From the IMG/VR virus record IMGVR_UViG_3300027205_000173, positions 32,001 through 96,000 of that record: a DNA stretch of 64,000 bases, one strand, 5' to 3'. The stretch comes from a virus (lineage: Duplodnaviria > Caudoviricetes). Position numbers and translations under genes: made by a program. This document shows positions 25,769-34,510 of this stretch, one piece after another (position 1 is the stretch's first letter; every line of letters begins with the position of its first letter). A model generated the notes under the pieces. That model made no database searches. It was not told where the DNA came from and saw only the letters and a list, made by a program, of their open reading frames with translations.

Positions 25769-26547
25769 GCGAGGACCAGCAAGGCGCCCCATACACTCCC
25801 CCGCCATACCTATCGGCATCATCGATGGGCACGTTTCATCAATGCCCTTTGAAATTCAAATACAACAAAATTGATCGCCTCCCCGACCAGCCGTCCGATG
25901 CAACCCTTCTTGGTAATTTTGTTCATGAAACACTTGAGGAATTTTATGTCTTGCCTCCAGAAGAACGAAATTTGAATTCAGCGAAGATGCTTGCTGCTCA
26001 GGTTTGGACAAATGCCGACTGGGAACAGAGAATTCGTGGATACGTCCATCCCACCAAAGTTCGACAATTCCGCTGGTCGGCGTGGTGGTGTTTGGAAAAT
26101 CTCTTTAAAGTAGAAGAGCCTTCGTCCATCAAGGTCAAAGGAATCGAATCCGAGGTCAATGGGCTAATAGGCACGGCAATGGTAAAAGGATTTATTGACC
26201 GTTTTGAGACAACAGAAACCGGAGTTTGTGTTTCTGACTACAAAACAGGCAAAACCCCCAAATCGTCATGGCTAGCCGACAAGTATCTTCAACTTCAAAT
26301 ATATGCAACATTATTGAATGATAGTGGTGTTGCGAATGTCACAGAAATACAGTTGTTGTACCTCAAAGATGGCGTTAACTTTACTCATCAACTAGTCGCT
26401 GAGGACTTTGAAAAAACAATTAAATACGTTCAAGAATCACATGACGCCATACACAACGCATGTGAAACTGGAAATTTCCCACACAATAAATCACGCCTAT
26501 GCGACTGGTGTGCCTATAAACCAATATGCCCAGGATGGAAAAAATGA
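25765..26547 (+). CDS. PD-(D/E)XK RecB/Cas4-like exonuclease
   Basis: LSASS...CP, GNFVHETLE, GFIDR, DYKTGK, QLQIYA, CDWC...C. Confidence 0.88.
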   Translation: MSEDQQGAPYTPPPYLSASSMGTFHQCPLKFKYNKIDRLPDQPSDATLLGNFVHETLEEFYVLPPEERNLNSAKMLAAQVWTNADWEQRIRGYVHPTKVRQFRWSAWWCLENLFKVEEPSSIKVKGIESEVNGLIGTAMVKGFIDRFETTETGVCVSDYKTGKTPKSSWLADKYLQLQIYATLLNDSGVANVTEIQLLYLKDGVNFTHQLVAEDFEKTIKYVQESHDAIHNACETGNFPHNKSRLCDWCAYKPICPGWKK

Positions 26548-27050
26548 CAACAATGACAGATGATGAATTAGTTTATATGGTTGCGGAAGAAGTCAAAAAT
26601 AGACTTTCGCCCATTCAGAGGAAAATCCTTCTTAGTAAAGAAAACTGGGAACGTTGGCAACAGTGCCTTCTCGCCCTAGTGAATAACCTAAACGAGCAAT
26701 TGCGGAATATTGAAGAAGACCGAAGTGCTGATGAAATGCGTTTTCAGGCACTTGGTTCGCGTCGGTTGCTGAGCGAGGCAACAAGTCAATACAAGCGTCG
26801 TCAATTTAAAATAGAACGCTTTAAGTCACATGTAGAAAAGCGTCTTGATGAAGTAACGGCAATGATTGAGACCGGTAAGGTTTTTGATTCCAACGGGTGG
26901 GAACACGTTGAATTCCTGAAGCGTGCGATTGCCAAACATCGTGAAATGCTTCGTGAGTGCGACATGGAGCCAACCCCAATTGACCAAGCACTCTGGTCCG
27001 CGCTTGTGGACAAGTGGGAATTTGATAAGATAGACGTGTCACAACTTTAA
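26544..27050 (+). CDS. Hypothetical coiled-coil protein
   Basis: ATGA overlap with the upstream stop; helical composition. Confidence 0.55.
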   Translation: MTTMTDDELVYMVAEEVKNRLSPIQRKILLSKENWERWQQCLLALVNNLNEQLRNIEEDRSADEMRFQALGSRRLLSEATSQYKRRQFKIERFKSHVEKRLDEVTAMIETGKVFDSNGWEHVEFLKRAIAKHREMLRECDMEPTPIDQALWSALVDKWEFDKIDVSQL

Positions 27051-27063
27051 TCTAGGTGGATAC

Positions 27064-27366
27064 ATGCGTCGACGTAGCAAGAAAAAAGAAGAACAATACG
27101 TTGAAAGGCGCAAATTAGTAGGTCGTATGCTTTCAGAACGGCCCTACTGCGAGGCATGCCCTGTATTCGCCAAGCATGACCAAAAGGCCACCTACACGCG
27201 TCGTGGAAGCGTTGATATTCATGAACTGATCAGACGATCTCAGGGTGGATCGATTCTTGATGAGTCAAATTTGATGGCAGTATGTCGAGAGTGCCATACG
27301 AGAATTGGCAATTATCCAGCGTTAGCGTTTGAACTTGGCCTAGCAAAGCACTCGTGGGACAAGTAA
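27064..27366 (+). CDS. HNH endonuclease
   Basis: CEAC...DIHE..RRSQGG..DESNLMAVCRECH. Confidence 0.8.
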   Translation: MRRRSKKKEEQYVERRKLVGRMLSERPYCEACPVFAKHDQKATYTRRGSVDIHELIRRSQGGSILDESNLMAVCRECHTRIGNYPALAFELGLAKHSWDK

Positions 27367-27373
27367 CCCACAG

Positions 27374-27445
27374 TCCCCCTGCGGAGAGTTGAACTCCGTC
27401 AAACATTTTATAAGAATGTTATGCTAACCGTTACATCACAGGGGA
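27374..27445 (-). tRNA. tRNA-Ile (anticodon UAU)
   Basis: Acceptor TCCCCTG/CAGGGGG plus discriminator A; D arm ATGT-AACGGTTA-GCAT; anticodon arm ACATT-CT TAT AA-AATGT; T arm CGGAG-TTCAACT-CTCCG. CCA is not encoded. Confidence 0.85.
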
Positions 27446-27451
27446 GCATTC

Positions 27452-28084
27452 TCATAACTCCTCTATAAGGAAACCATTTGCGACAAGCGTGGATATGGCA
27501 ATATCTATATCTTCATCACTTGGCGACTCAATTGCTTCTTGCTTTAATGCCTGGATGAGCATTAACGGTATTGGTGAGTTTCTTAGGATTGTTTCGCTGC
27601 CACGGGTGTAGCCAACAGGGTCCATCCATTCCACTTTTCTTCCTAGTTCATACTTGTATCCGGCAGATACCAGGGTTATCTCATAATCGTGGGTTATCTC
27701 GTTTTGTTCGCAATGGGTGACCGTCAAACATTCATGAACAACATTTTTGTCTTCGATAAATGCTTGTTGCAATTCTCTGCCCTTGAGTTTTTCTTTACTA
27801 TGGGTCTCAAAACCTTCAGCAACAAGGGTAATCGCATCAACCCCCCAAAATGTTTTGAGGGCAGCCAGCATGTCACCACATTTTGGAAGCCGTGCCTCTA
27901 CGGGTTTGTTCATCTCGCTTCTTTGAAGTTGAGCGACAACAAGCAGTTCCCCCTTCTTCCATGCAAAGAAGTTGAAAGCCAAATCTTCACCAATGCCGAA
28001 CTCTTCGACATTGATATTTTTGGCTAATTGGGCCCCTGTTAAGGCAAGGGACATTTTGGACATTGAGTCTGGATATAGTTCCAC
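27452..28084 (-). CDS. Hypothetical protein
   Basis: 210-aa globular-looking ORF; TATTGT 7 nt before the GTG start. Confidence 0.6.
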   Translation of the reverse strand: MELYPDSMSKMSLALTGAQLAKNINVEEFGIGEDLAFNFFAWKKGELLVVAQLQRSEMNKPVEARLPKCGDMLAALKTFWGVDAITLVAEGFETHSKEKLKGRELQQAFIEDKNVVHECLTVTHCEQNEITHDYEITLVSAGYKYELGRKVEWMDPVGYTRGSETILRNSPIPLMLIQALKQEAIESPSDEDIDIAISTLVANGFLIEEL

Positions 28085-28148
28085 GGGTTGAACAATAATC
28101 TAGAATTAGTTCCTGCAGGGGAAGAAACCATCTGCTAGTTTTTTGCTT

Positions 28149-28682
28149 ATGAGCACAAACAAACCAACACCAAAAAAGAAGTCACAGACGCCTTCGAAAA
28201 AGGTTGCCCAAAAAGTAATTTCTGGTGCACCTGCAAAGAAGGCTGCTGCTACTTCTCCTAAATTAAAGCAAAAGCCAGGCCCTAAGAAGGGTTCAACCAG
28301 AAAGGCTCAGCCGGAAAAGAAGGCCGTAGTAAAGAAGGTTGCGCCAAAAGCAAACAAGGCAATTGGTCTAAACACTCTCAATTCTGAGTTGTTGGTATCA
28401 AAGAAATTGGCTGCAGGCGCTGCTGAGGAATTGAATGCTATGGCAAAGAAGTATAAGCAACAGATCGACAAAGGTTCTTTGCGCTTCCTTGAGCAAGCAA
28501 CCACTTCCGCAAACAACGCGACCCCTCAGGCTGATCTTCGTATTAACCTGAACAACGCTACGACCAGCGTTCAGCCCAATACCAAGCCTTATGGCACCGC
28601 CGCCAAGAAAAAGGGGATTCTTTCGAGAATTACCTCGTGGTTCCGTCCTTCAAAGAAAAAGAATACGAGCAAGAAGCGATAA
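28149..28682 (+). CDS. Lys/Ala/Pro-rich histone-H1-like basic protein
   Basis: PKKK, PAKKAAA and KKVAPK repeats; TAGTTT 7 nt before ATG 28149. Confidence 0.6.
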   Translation: MSTNKPTPKKKSQTPSKKVAQKVISGAPAKKAAATSPKLKQKPGPKKGSTRKAQPEKKAVVKKVAPKANKAIGLNTLNSELLVSKKLAAGAAEELNAMAKKYKQQIDKGSLRFLEQATTSANNATPQADLRINLNNATTSVQPNTKPYGTAAKKKGILSRITSWFRPSKKKNTSKKR

Positions 28683-28695
28683 CAATTATTTATTA

Positions 28696-28738
28696 TCACC
28701 TCCAATCGGCTATTATTACGATATCCGGTTGGAGGTGA
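28696..28738 (+). promoter_or_regulatory. 14-bp hairpin sequestering a GGAGGTGA SD, with -10-like hexamers in the loop
   Basis: TCACCTCCAATCGG-N15-CCGGTTGGAGGTGA (one G-U pair). The loop contains TATTAT and TACGAT. A GTG start follows at 28744. Confidence 0.7.
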
Positions 28739-28743
28739 AATAA

Positions 28744-28923
28744 GTGAAGAAGAAAATAGACGCAATATCCGAAGCGGCAGCCATTCTTGGTGTAGACAAA
28801 GAGAACCTGACCGAAGAACAAGCAATGAAAGTCTTACGCAATTTAGTGATGTCAAATTCAGATATTCGGATTCGCAAGGCCCGCAACGATCAACAGAAAC
28901 GTAGAGAATTATTCGATGAGTGA
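28744..28923 (+). CDS. Small hypothetical protein, 59 aa (not in ORF track)
   Basis: Perfect SD 5 nt upstream; MKKKIDAISEAAAILGVDKENL...RRELFDE*; overlaps the next start. Confidence 0.65.
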   Translation: MKKKIDAISEAAAILGVDKENLTEEQAMKVLRNLVMSNSDIRIRKARNDQQKRRELFDE

Positions 28924-29167
28924 AGTTATTAATAGAATCCACGATCTACAAAAACAAGTTTTTCAATTAGAAGAAGAGTTGCGTAAAATACGTTCCAAAT
29001 ACGGGGATGAAGTAGATCATTCTGATGATTTGGCAAACTTAGTACGAGACATGGCCAAATCTCTTAATGGGGCTTATTTTCTTTCATCTAAATCAATCTT
29101 GGAGGAGCACGAACGTCGCCGTATTCAAGATGACATTGACGAAAATGGATTATCCGTAGAGGAATAA
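28916..29167 (+). CDS. Hypothetical protein
   Basis: 83-aa ORF in a coupled run of genes. Confidence 0.5.
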   Translation: MSEVINRIHDLQKQVFQLEEELRKIRSKYGDEVDHSDDLANLVRDMAKSLNGAYFLSSKSILEEHERRRIQDDIDENGLSVEE

Positions 29168-29472
29168 TGTATCTTTCATTTCTCGAAGACTATATTTCTG
29201 AATTAATGGTGTTGACCATAGACGACCCAGGCCACACCAGTAAAACTGAAGAAATATGGGGAACTCTTTGGGAGATATTGATCTGGGAGGAAAAATTAAT
29301 GCCAGATTTAATTATTGATGGCGACAAAATTGCCATTGAAAAGAAAAGTAAAATGATCAATAATAAAATTGAAATCAAGGAGGTGGAAGTAGTGAAGAAA
29401 TTTACATGGTTAGGACTGACGGCTGTTGTTGGTTTCGTTTGTTTTTTATATGGTTTTTTCACTGCTCCGTAA
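29167..29472 (+). CDS. Hypothetical protein with a C-terminal TM helix
   Basis: TAATG coupling; hydrophobic C-terminus. Confidence 0.45.
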   Translation: MYLSFLEDYISELMVLTIDDPGHTSKTEEIWGTLWEILIWEEKLMPDLIIDGDKIAIEKKSKMINNKIEIKEVEVVKKFTWLGLTAVVGFVCFLYGFFTAP

Positions 29473-29476
29473 CGTC

Positions 29477-29770
29477 ATGGTAGAACCAGAATATGCGTCC
29501 GATATAAAGCCTTCTCAGCCCAAGGTTGTGTCGCGTGCGAAAATGATTATTTTTGATGTTAATGTTGGGAGAAGGTGGGCTGTATCTTTGGAGGAAAACT
29601 CCTACATCCATCTTTATTCAATTTCCGATCATGGCAATTCTGTAACATACAATAAGGTTGTAACCCTGTATAGGGGTAATCCTGAATGGCCATTAGTCGC
29701 CGAAGGTAAGCCATTTGAGGAATTCGCTCGTGACCTAGTGAGGAAATATGTCGGAATCGGAAAACCCTGA
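29477..29770 (+). CDS. Hypothetical protein
   Basis: ATG 4 nt after the upstream stop. Confidence 0.45.
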   Translation: MVEPEYASDIKPSQPKVVSRAKMIIFDVNVGRRWAVSLEENSYIHLYSISDHGNSVTYNKVVTLYRGNPEWPLVAEGKPFEEFARDLVRKYVGIGKP

Positions 29771-29915
29771 TACAAAGAGTCCTGCCTATCGTATGTCAAT
29801 TTGTTTTGATTGCGACAGACTTTTTCATCCAACGAGGCAGTGTAAGGAATGTGGGTGTTTTATGAAAGTCAAAACACGAATCCCTTCATCTAAATGCCCG
29901 CTTGGGAAATGGTAA
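29748..29915 (+). CDS. Small Cys-rich protein (DUF6171-like), 55 aa (not in ORF track)
   Basis: RMSICFDC...QCKECGCFM..KTR...KCPLGKW*; GAGGA RBS. Confidence 0.7.
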   Translation: MSESENPDTKSPAYRMSICFDCDRLFHPTRQCKECGCFMKVKTRIPSSKCPLGKW

Positions 29916-30923
29916 TTAATTAACTACAGATTTCTTTGACTGTTTTTTCTTTATTTCATCCTCATACCAGTCATCTATAAATTCCGCACGGTTTGGGTAA
30001 GCATCAGAAAACCGCACATTCGTTCCGTCACCCCTCACGCCAATCCCCTCATACATTTTGTCATAGGCATACCAGCAGAAAGATTCGGCCCAGTCTTCTT
30101 CGTTATTATCTTTTGCATATTCAGTGAGTGCTTTTTGCCCAAAGATCAATGAATGAATACTGTCGCTAGAGACATCGAGCATCGTATTGGTTTCGTGTTG
30201 TTTGAAATTATCATTTAGTAAAGTTTTCGAGACATCCTTATCTGCAACCATCGCTTTTCCCCATTCCACGGAACTCCCAATACCGGCATAGTCTCCCACC
30301 ACATGAGCCGTTTCATGCATTAGTAATGGTCCTATAATTTCAGGGTACTGCCCTTCTGGGTATACGGTAAAACTGTCGTGATTGGCATCTGTCGTCCCCA
30401 GGGTGACCAGCCCATCTCCCCTAGCCTGGTCCTGCTTGTAGTCTTTTGCTGAAATATTTATTTGTTTTATTGGTACTTCAATTTCCGAAAATGTTGTATG
30501 AAAAATGTCAATTGTTGCGCCAATTTCTATTTGTGTATCTAGGACAGTAAATTGATCTTTATCATTGTATTCAATGTTTTTTTGTTCAAGAATTTCATCA
30601 AAAGATGTCTTTGTTACCTGTGATATCAGAACGACCCCATTAATTTTCTGAACAACTGCGTACTCCATCGCAGATATGTCGTAATCACCGTCTAAATTTT
30701 TTAACAAAATTAGTTCGCCATTTTCCATATTGTCAAAATCACTGTTTTTCCAAATCGTCCATGGGTCGCTATATTCGAGCGAATCCGCATCGATTGTTTC
30801 CGTAACGAAGTAATCGTATTGATTGGGTTGTAATGAATTAGATTGAGATGATTCGTGTGATGCATAAATAAAAAATGCAATCACCATAGAAACTGTCAAC
30901 ATAAAAATAGATCGTATTTTCAT
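29916..30923 (-). CDS. Membrane-anchored or secreted zincin metallopeptidase
   Basis: N-terminal signal/TM segment; HETAH, LTEYA..N.EEDWAESF, YPNRAEF. Confidence 0.75.
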   Translation of the reverse strand: MKIRSIFMLTVSMVIAFFIYASHESSQSNSLQPNQYDYFVTETIDADSLEYSDPWTIWKNSDFDNMENGELILLKNLDGDYDISAMEYAVVQKINGVVLISQVTKTSFDEILEQKNIEYNDKDQFTVLDTQIEIGATIDIFHTTFSEIEVPIKQINISAKDYKQDQARGDGLVTLGTTDANHDSFTVYPEGQYPEIIGPLLMHETAHVVGDYAGIGSSVEWGKAMVADKDVSKTLLNDNFKQHETNTMLDVSSDSIHSLIFGQKALTEYAKDNNEEDWAESFCWYAYDKMYEGIGVRGDGTNVRFSDAYPNRAEFIDDWYEDEIKKKQSKKSVVN

Positions 30924-30990
30924 AGGAATAATGTCCTCTGTTTAATGTATTATTATCAGAGCATACTGTGGTGTTGGGTGATTTCCTACA

Positions 30991-31569
30991 TTAATATTTA
31001 GTATTCTTTGATTTTTCCCGTATCCGTTTTGATACTTTTGCTGCCCTTTCGGTATTGGGAACAAATTGCTGACCTTTTTTGTCTGCTTCTAGTTTTTTAG
31101 CGATTGTCGCTTTTCTTTGCTCTGGTGTCAGTTTTTGCCATGCTTTTGCAGGTAGGTAGCGTGTCATTTTGCCGTCACGAAATGCGGGCTTGCCATCAGA
31201 TGTCGTCCAACGCTGTTTAGTCCACTTTTTCAATGAATTTTGAGCCTTGGACGGCTTCCCCCTGTATCCGCCACCTTCTTTTCTATAGGCTACGGCTAAT
31301 AGTTGTGCTTTACGGGCGCTCCATTGCCCTGGCCTACCCCCATCGTCTCCTGCCATGATTTTGTCTTTAAGACGTTCACGCAAACTGGGTTTAGTGTAAT
31401 TGAGTGATTTGAGATGATTGGATGGCGAATTGTAGATAAAGTCTTTCGTTGCCTTATCTACCCATTGTGGTGTTGTGCCGTATGAACTCATCTGGCGATT
31501 AAGCGAACCACCGATAACTGTACGCCTAATTTTCCCTATTTGTATTGGTTGACGTGCCATCGGGCTCAC
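30991..31569 (-). CDS. DUF5872-like basic phage protein
   Basis: NYTKPSLRERLK..IMAG..GGRPGQWSARKAQL..Y...GGGY...SLKKWTKQ.W...RYLP. Confidence 0.7.
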   Translation of the reverse strand: MSPMARQPIQIGKIRRTVIGGSLNRQMSSYGTTPQWVDKATKDFIYNSPSNHLKSLNYTKPSLRERLKDKIMAGDDGGRPGQWSARKAQLLAVAYRKEGGGYRGKPSKAQNSLKKWTKQRWTTSDGKPAFRDGKMTRYLPAKAWQKLTPEQRKATIAKKLEADKKGQQFVPNTERAAKVSKRIREKSKNTKY

Positions 31570-31898
31570 TTGCCCTTTTTGACAATCCCATTCGGAATGA
31601 CTGCAAATCTACATTTTCCTTCCGGCATCACGGGGATAGTGATGATTTTACAAGAAGTTCCACCTTCGTAAAGGACGCAATTAGAACATTTGACACCAAT
31701 GTTTTTTACAGTATTCTTCGATGGCGGATCATACCCCGCCCATACACCTTCGCCCTTTTCGTCAAATTTGCCATATTTTTGGGTTAAGGAAATGAGCACT
31801 TTGGCGAGTTCTGCTTCTTGGGGGTCCATTTTGGGAGTATCACCAGAAATGATGATCCTTGCTCCACTAAGAAGATTTTCGAGGGGTGTTTTATTCAT
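31566..31898 (-). CDS. Protein with a HiPIP-like four-Cys motif
   Basis: KCSNCVLYEGGTSCKII..VMPEGKC; CATAAT 6 nt before the ATG. Confidence 0.55.
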   Translation of the reverse strand: MNKTPLENLLSGARIIISGDTPKMDPQEAELAKVLISLTQKYGKFDEKGEGVWAGYDPPSKNTVKNIGVKCSNCVLYEGGTSCKIITIPVMPEGKCRFAVIPNGIVKKGK

Positions 31899-32090
31899 TT
31901 ATAAATTATGCCACAACTATTCGTAGGTTTATTCAGATCAAGATATTTAAATTATTCATCCTGTGTTGGCGTTCGAACTTGGCCTAGCAAAACATTCTTG
32001 GGATTAATGCAATACTTCTGTAAATAGTCAACCATTTTGTAGTAAAGTTTTATTAGCCCAGAGAGGGCCCTTAAAAGTAGGAGAAAAATT

Positions 32091-32726
32091 ATGAGCAAGA
32101 CATTTATCTTTAATGACGCAGCAACAGTCACCGCTGCCCAACTAGCCGCACTGACAATGCCATTCACTGCAGAAATTACTGGCGTATACTTGCGATTGAA
32201 TACCGGACCCGTTTCCTCCGCTGCAACTTTCGACGTTGAGGTTGCTGGAACCAGCATCGTCAGTGCTGCCATTTCCGTGGCTGCAGGAGCAGTAGTGCCG
32301 ACCACTGCCCCCACACTTCGCAAGAATGGCGCCATCACTGGTGCCGTCAATGGCGCTGGAGTCACCGCCGTTTACACCGTTGCTGCTGGTCACCTTTTCA
32401 AGGTTGGCGACGTAGTTGATGTTGCTTCGGTTACTGTTTCGGCAGGTAGCGCAGTTCCTTACAACTTCACCGGCAAGCAGGTTTCTGCAGTTACTTCGAC
32501 GACGGTCACTGTTACCGGCATCGTTGGCACCCCAGGTACCTACAGCAGCGGCGGAACCATCGTCTGCACCACCTCGCCAATCGTTGTTCCGAAGGACGCA
32601 ATCCTTTCCTTCGACTGTGATGGTGTTGGTGGAACCGCAGCGATTGGTTACACACTCGCAATCACATACAACGAAGCAGCCGACACCAGCAAGGCCCCAG
32701 GTGGCCTTGACGCTAGCCGCTTCTAA
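32091..32726 (+). CDS. Probable virion structural/decoration protein with an inserted beta domain
   Basis: A/T/V/G-rich beta protein; AGGAG RBS; followed by a terminator. Confidence 0.55.
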   Translation: MSKTFIFNDAATVTAAQLAALTMPFTAEITGVYLRLNTGPVSSAATFDVEVAGTSIVSAAISVAAGAVVPTTAPTLRKNGAITGAVNGAGVTAVYTVAAGHLFKVGDVVDVASVTVSAGSAVPYNFTGKQVSAVTSTTVTVTGIVGTPGTYSSGGTIVCTTSPIVVPKDAILSFDCDGVGGTAAIGYTLAITYNEAADTSKAPGGLDASRF

Positions 32727-32752
32727 TTCGTAAATAATTCAGTCATTTGTAT

Positions 32753-32786
32753 GAAGGCGGGAGGGAAACCTCCCGCTTTCTGCTTT
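32753..32786 (+). terminator. Intrinsic terminator
   Basis: GAAGGCGGGAGG-GAAA-CCTCCCGCTTTC followed by a T-rich tail. Confidence 0.75.
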
Positions 32787-32815
32787 ATCACGTAACTATT
32801 AAGTAAGAAAAAACG

Positions 32816-33172
32816 ATGATGGCTAAACAACTAATAACCTTATGTGTTAGCGGAAAAATATCCGCAGCAAAAAGACGCACCTCAGCAAGAATGCCTGCTA
32901 GTGGAAAAATTATTGGCGTATACACCTCAATAGGTACTCCGGCATCTGGTGCAACAATCATTGTTGACATCAATATTGCCGATACAACAATATTTACCAC
33001 CCAAGCAAATAGGCCGACCATAGCGGTAGGGGCATATTCTTCGGCTGCGGGAACGGCGGCTAATAACAAATTCGCCTTAGGCGATATTATCGTGGTCGAT
33101 ATTGACAGGGTTGGAACGGAAATTCCAGGAGAAGATTTGACTATCGGTATATGGGTAGATTTTGACTATTAA
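32816..33172 (+). CDS. Paralog of the 32091 protein lacking the insertion
   Basis: MPASGKIIGVY...IVDINIADTTIF...GDIIVVDIDRVG aligns with MPFTAEITGVY...FDVEVAGTSIV...DAILSFDCDGVG. Confidence 0.6.
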   Translation: MMAKQLITLCVSGKISAAKRRTSARMPASGKIIGVYTSIGTPASGATIIVDINIADTTIFTTQANRPTIAVGAYSSAAGTAANNKFALGDIIVVDIDRVGTEIPGEDLTIGIWVDFDY

Positions 33173-33190
33173 AATTATCTCATAAATGAG

Positions 33191-33219
33191 TTGACAAGTT
33201 GGAAATAAGCAAGTATGTT
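33191..33219 (+). promoter_or_regulatory. Sigma70/SigA-type promoter giving a leaderless mRNA
   Basis: TTGACA-17 nt-TATGTT, then 7 nt to ATG 33227. Confidence 0.7.
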
Positions 33220-33226
33220 AATCACC

Positions 33227-33610
33227 ATGACCGACATCACACCAAAGAAATCAAAAAAGAAATACCCTATGCTTTGTATTCGTCTCAATACTTCTTTGCG
33301 CGCTCATCTCGACAACGCTGCGCTCGTACACGGCATAACGAGGGGAGAGTTCGTTCGTCGGATACTTTCCGAACACTTTAGTAATCCAACATTCGTGACC
33401 CGTGATCGCGACTCGCGCGGGTCACGTATTCCAGCAGGCTATCCAAACGCAGGACAATTTACAGAAACGCCCGACACTAAGCAAGGTCCTTCAGGTCCCT
33501 TTACGGACTTGTCCCTATTTGCAAAGGGCGCCAACGGACCAGCAGGTCCCTTTACAGATTTGTTCTCAACTGAGAAAGGCTTTACTCAACAAGGAACAAC
33601 GGGTCCATGA
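33227..33610 (+). CDS. Ribbon-helix-helix DNA-binding protein with a repetitive C-terminal tail
   Basis: MLCIRLNTSLRAHLDNAALVHGITRGEFVRRILSEH; tail has PAGYPNAGQFT and two GP.GPFTDL repeats. Confidence 0.6.
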   Translation: MTDITPKKSKKKYPMLCIRLNTSLRAHLDNAALVHGITRGEFVRRILSEHFSNPTFVTRDRDSRGSRIPAGYPNAGQFTETPDTKQGPSGPFTDLSLFAKGANGPAGPFTDLFSTEKGFTQQGTTGP

Positions 33611-33912
33611 AACGCCTCATATGCCAATCAAAAAGAAAAGACGGGAACCAATGCAAAGGAAATGCAATGGGAGCCACCTACTTCTGCTACGTGCATCAAG
33701 ACTCCAAAGACCCAATAACGTACAGAGACCCGATGATAGAAGCATTTCGCGGAATGCATAACTCAATAACATCCCTTATTGACTGGCACTACCGCACAGG
33801 CGGAGACATCTCTAGATACTTCGGAAACTACACTCCACCGCCAGGGAAAAACCCCTACCGCAAACGACCAAATTCAAACAAACGCTACACACCCCCAATG
33901 AGGAATAAATGA
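33607..33912 (+). CDS. CCCH zinc-finger protein
   Basis: CQSKRKDGNQCKGNA....YFCYVH. Confidence 0.55.
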   Translation: MKRLICQSKRKDGNQCKGNAMGATYFCYVHQDSKDPITYRDPMIEAFRGMHNSITSLIDWHYRTGGDISRYFGNYTPPPGKNPYRKRPNSNKRYTPPMRNK

Positions 33913-33960
33913 AACAACTCATTACGATCATTATTGGCGCACCAATTAGGGAGGCAGACA

Positions 33961-34194
33961 ATGACACTGAGTCTTTATAGATTAAAAGCAACGCTTGGTA
34001 AAGCACGGCGGATCAACACCTTCTACGATACTGACGATACGAGAGCGATTGGTAAAGGTGCGATGATCGTTATGCGCCTGGCCCATCACGAGTTTGATGA
34101 TCCTCGCTACCCGAATAAAGTTTGGGGAAAAGGGAAGATCGTTTTACTCAACAGCACAGGCGAAACTTTGCAAACAATGGATGCTAAAGAATGA
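33961..34194 (+). CDS. Hypothetical protein
   Basis: GGGAGG RBS before ATG 33961. Confidence 0.5.
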   Translation: MTLSLYRLKATLGKARRINTFYDTDDTRAIGKGAMIVMRLAHHEFDDPRYPNKVWGKGKIVLLNSTGETLQTMDAKE

Positions 34195-34246
34195 AAAATC
34201 ACAAGAAGCAACCCCTAATGTCGCACCAAACAAACAGGAGATACTC

Positions 34247-34510
34247 ATGTCATATAATTCCATGAATCAGTTACCACCCCCACGCCCAAATAATGGCTAT
34301 GACGTTAAACGACACAACCCTACGGTCTACGAGACAAGACGAAAAGAGTTCGCTCTCAAGGCTGGTGGCATCGGCGCTATTGTCGGTTTCGTTGCCTCGC
34401 TGGTCACTACTGGCTATGTCTTTGATGGACTAATCAACGGAGCCATTTGGTTCGGCATCGTCTACGGAATCACTCGCTTGATTCAGAGGAACAAGAATGG
34501 CAAACAATAA
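34247..34510 (+). CDS. Small two-TM membrane protein
   Basis: AGGAG RBS; two hydrophobic segments. Confidence 0.55.
   Translation: MSYNSMNQLPPPRPNNGYDVKRHNPTVYETRRKEFALKAGGIGAIVGFVASLVTTGYVFDGLINGAIWFGIVYGITRLIQRNKNGKQ

Noticed and set aside
25765-26547. Cas4-like nuclease as part of a CRISPR system
   Set aside because: No array or other cas genes are present; its context next to a Rad52-like SSAP indicates a recombination exonuclease.
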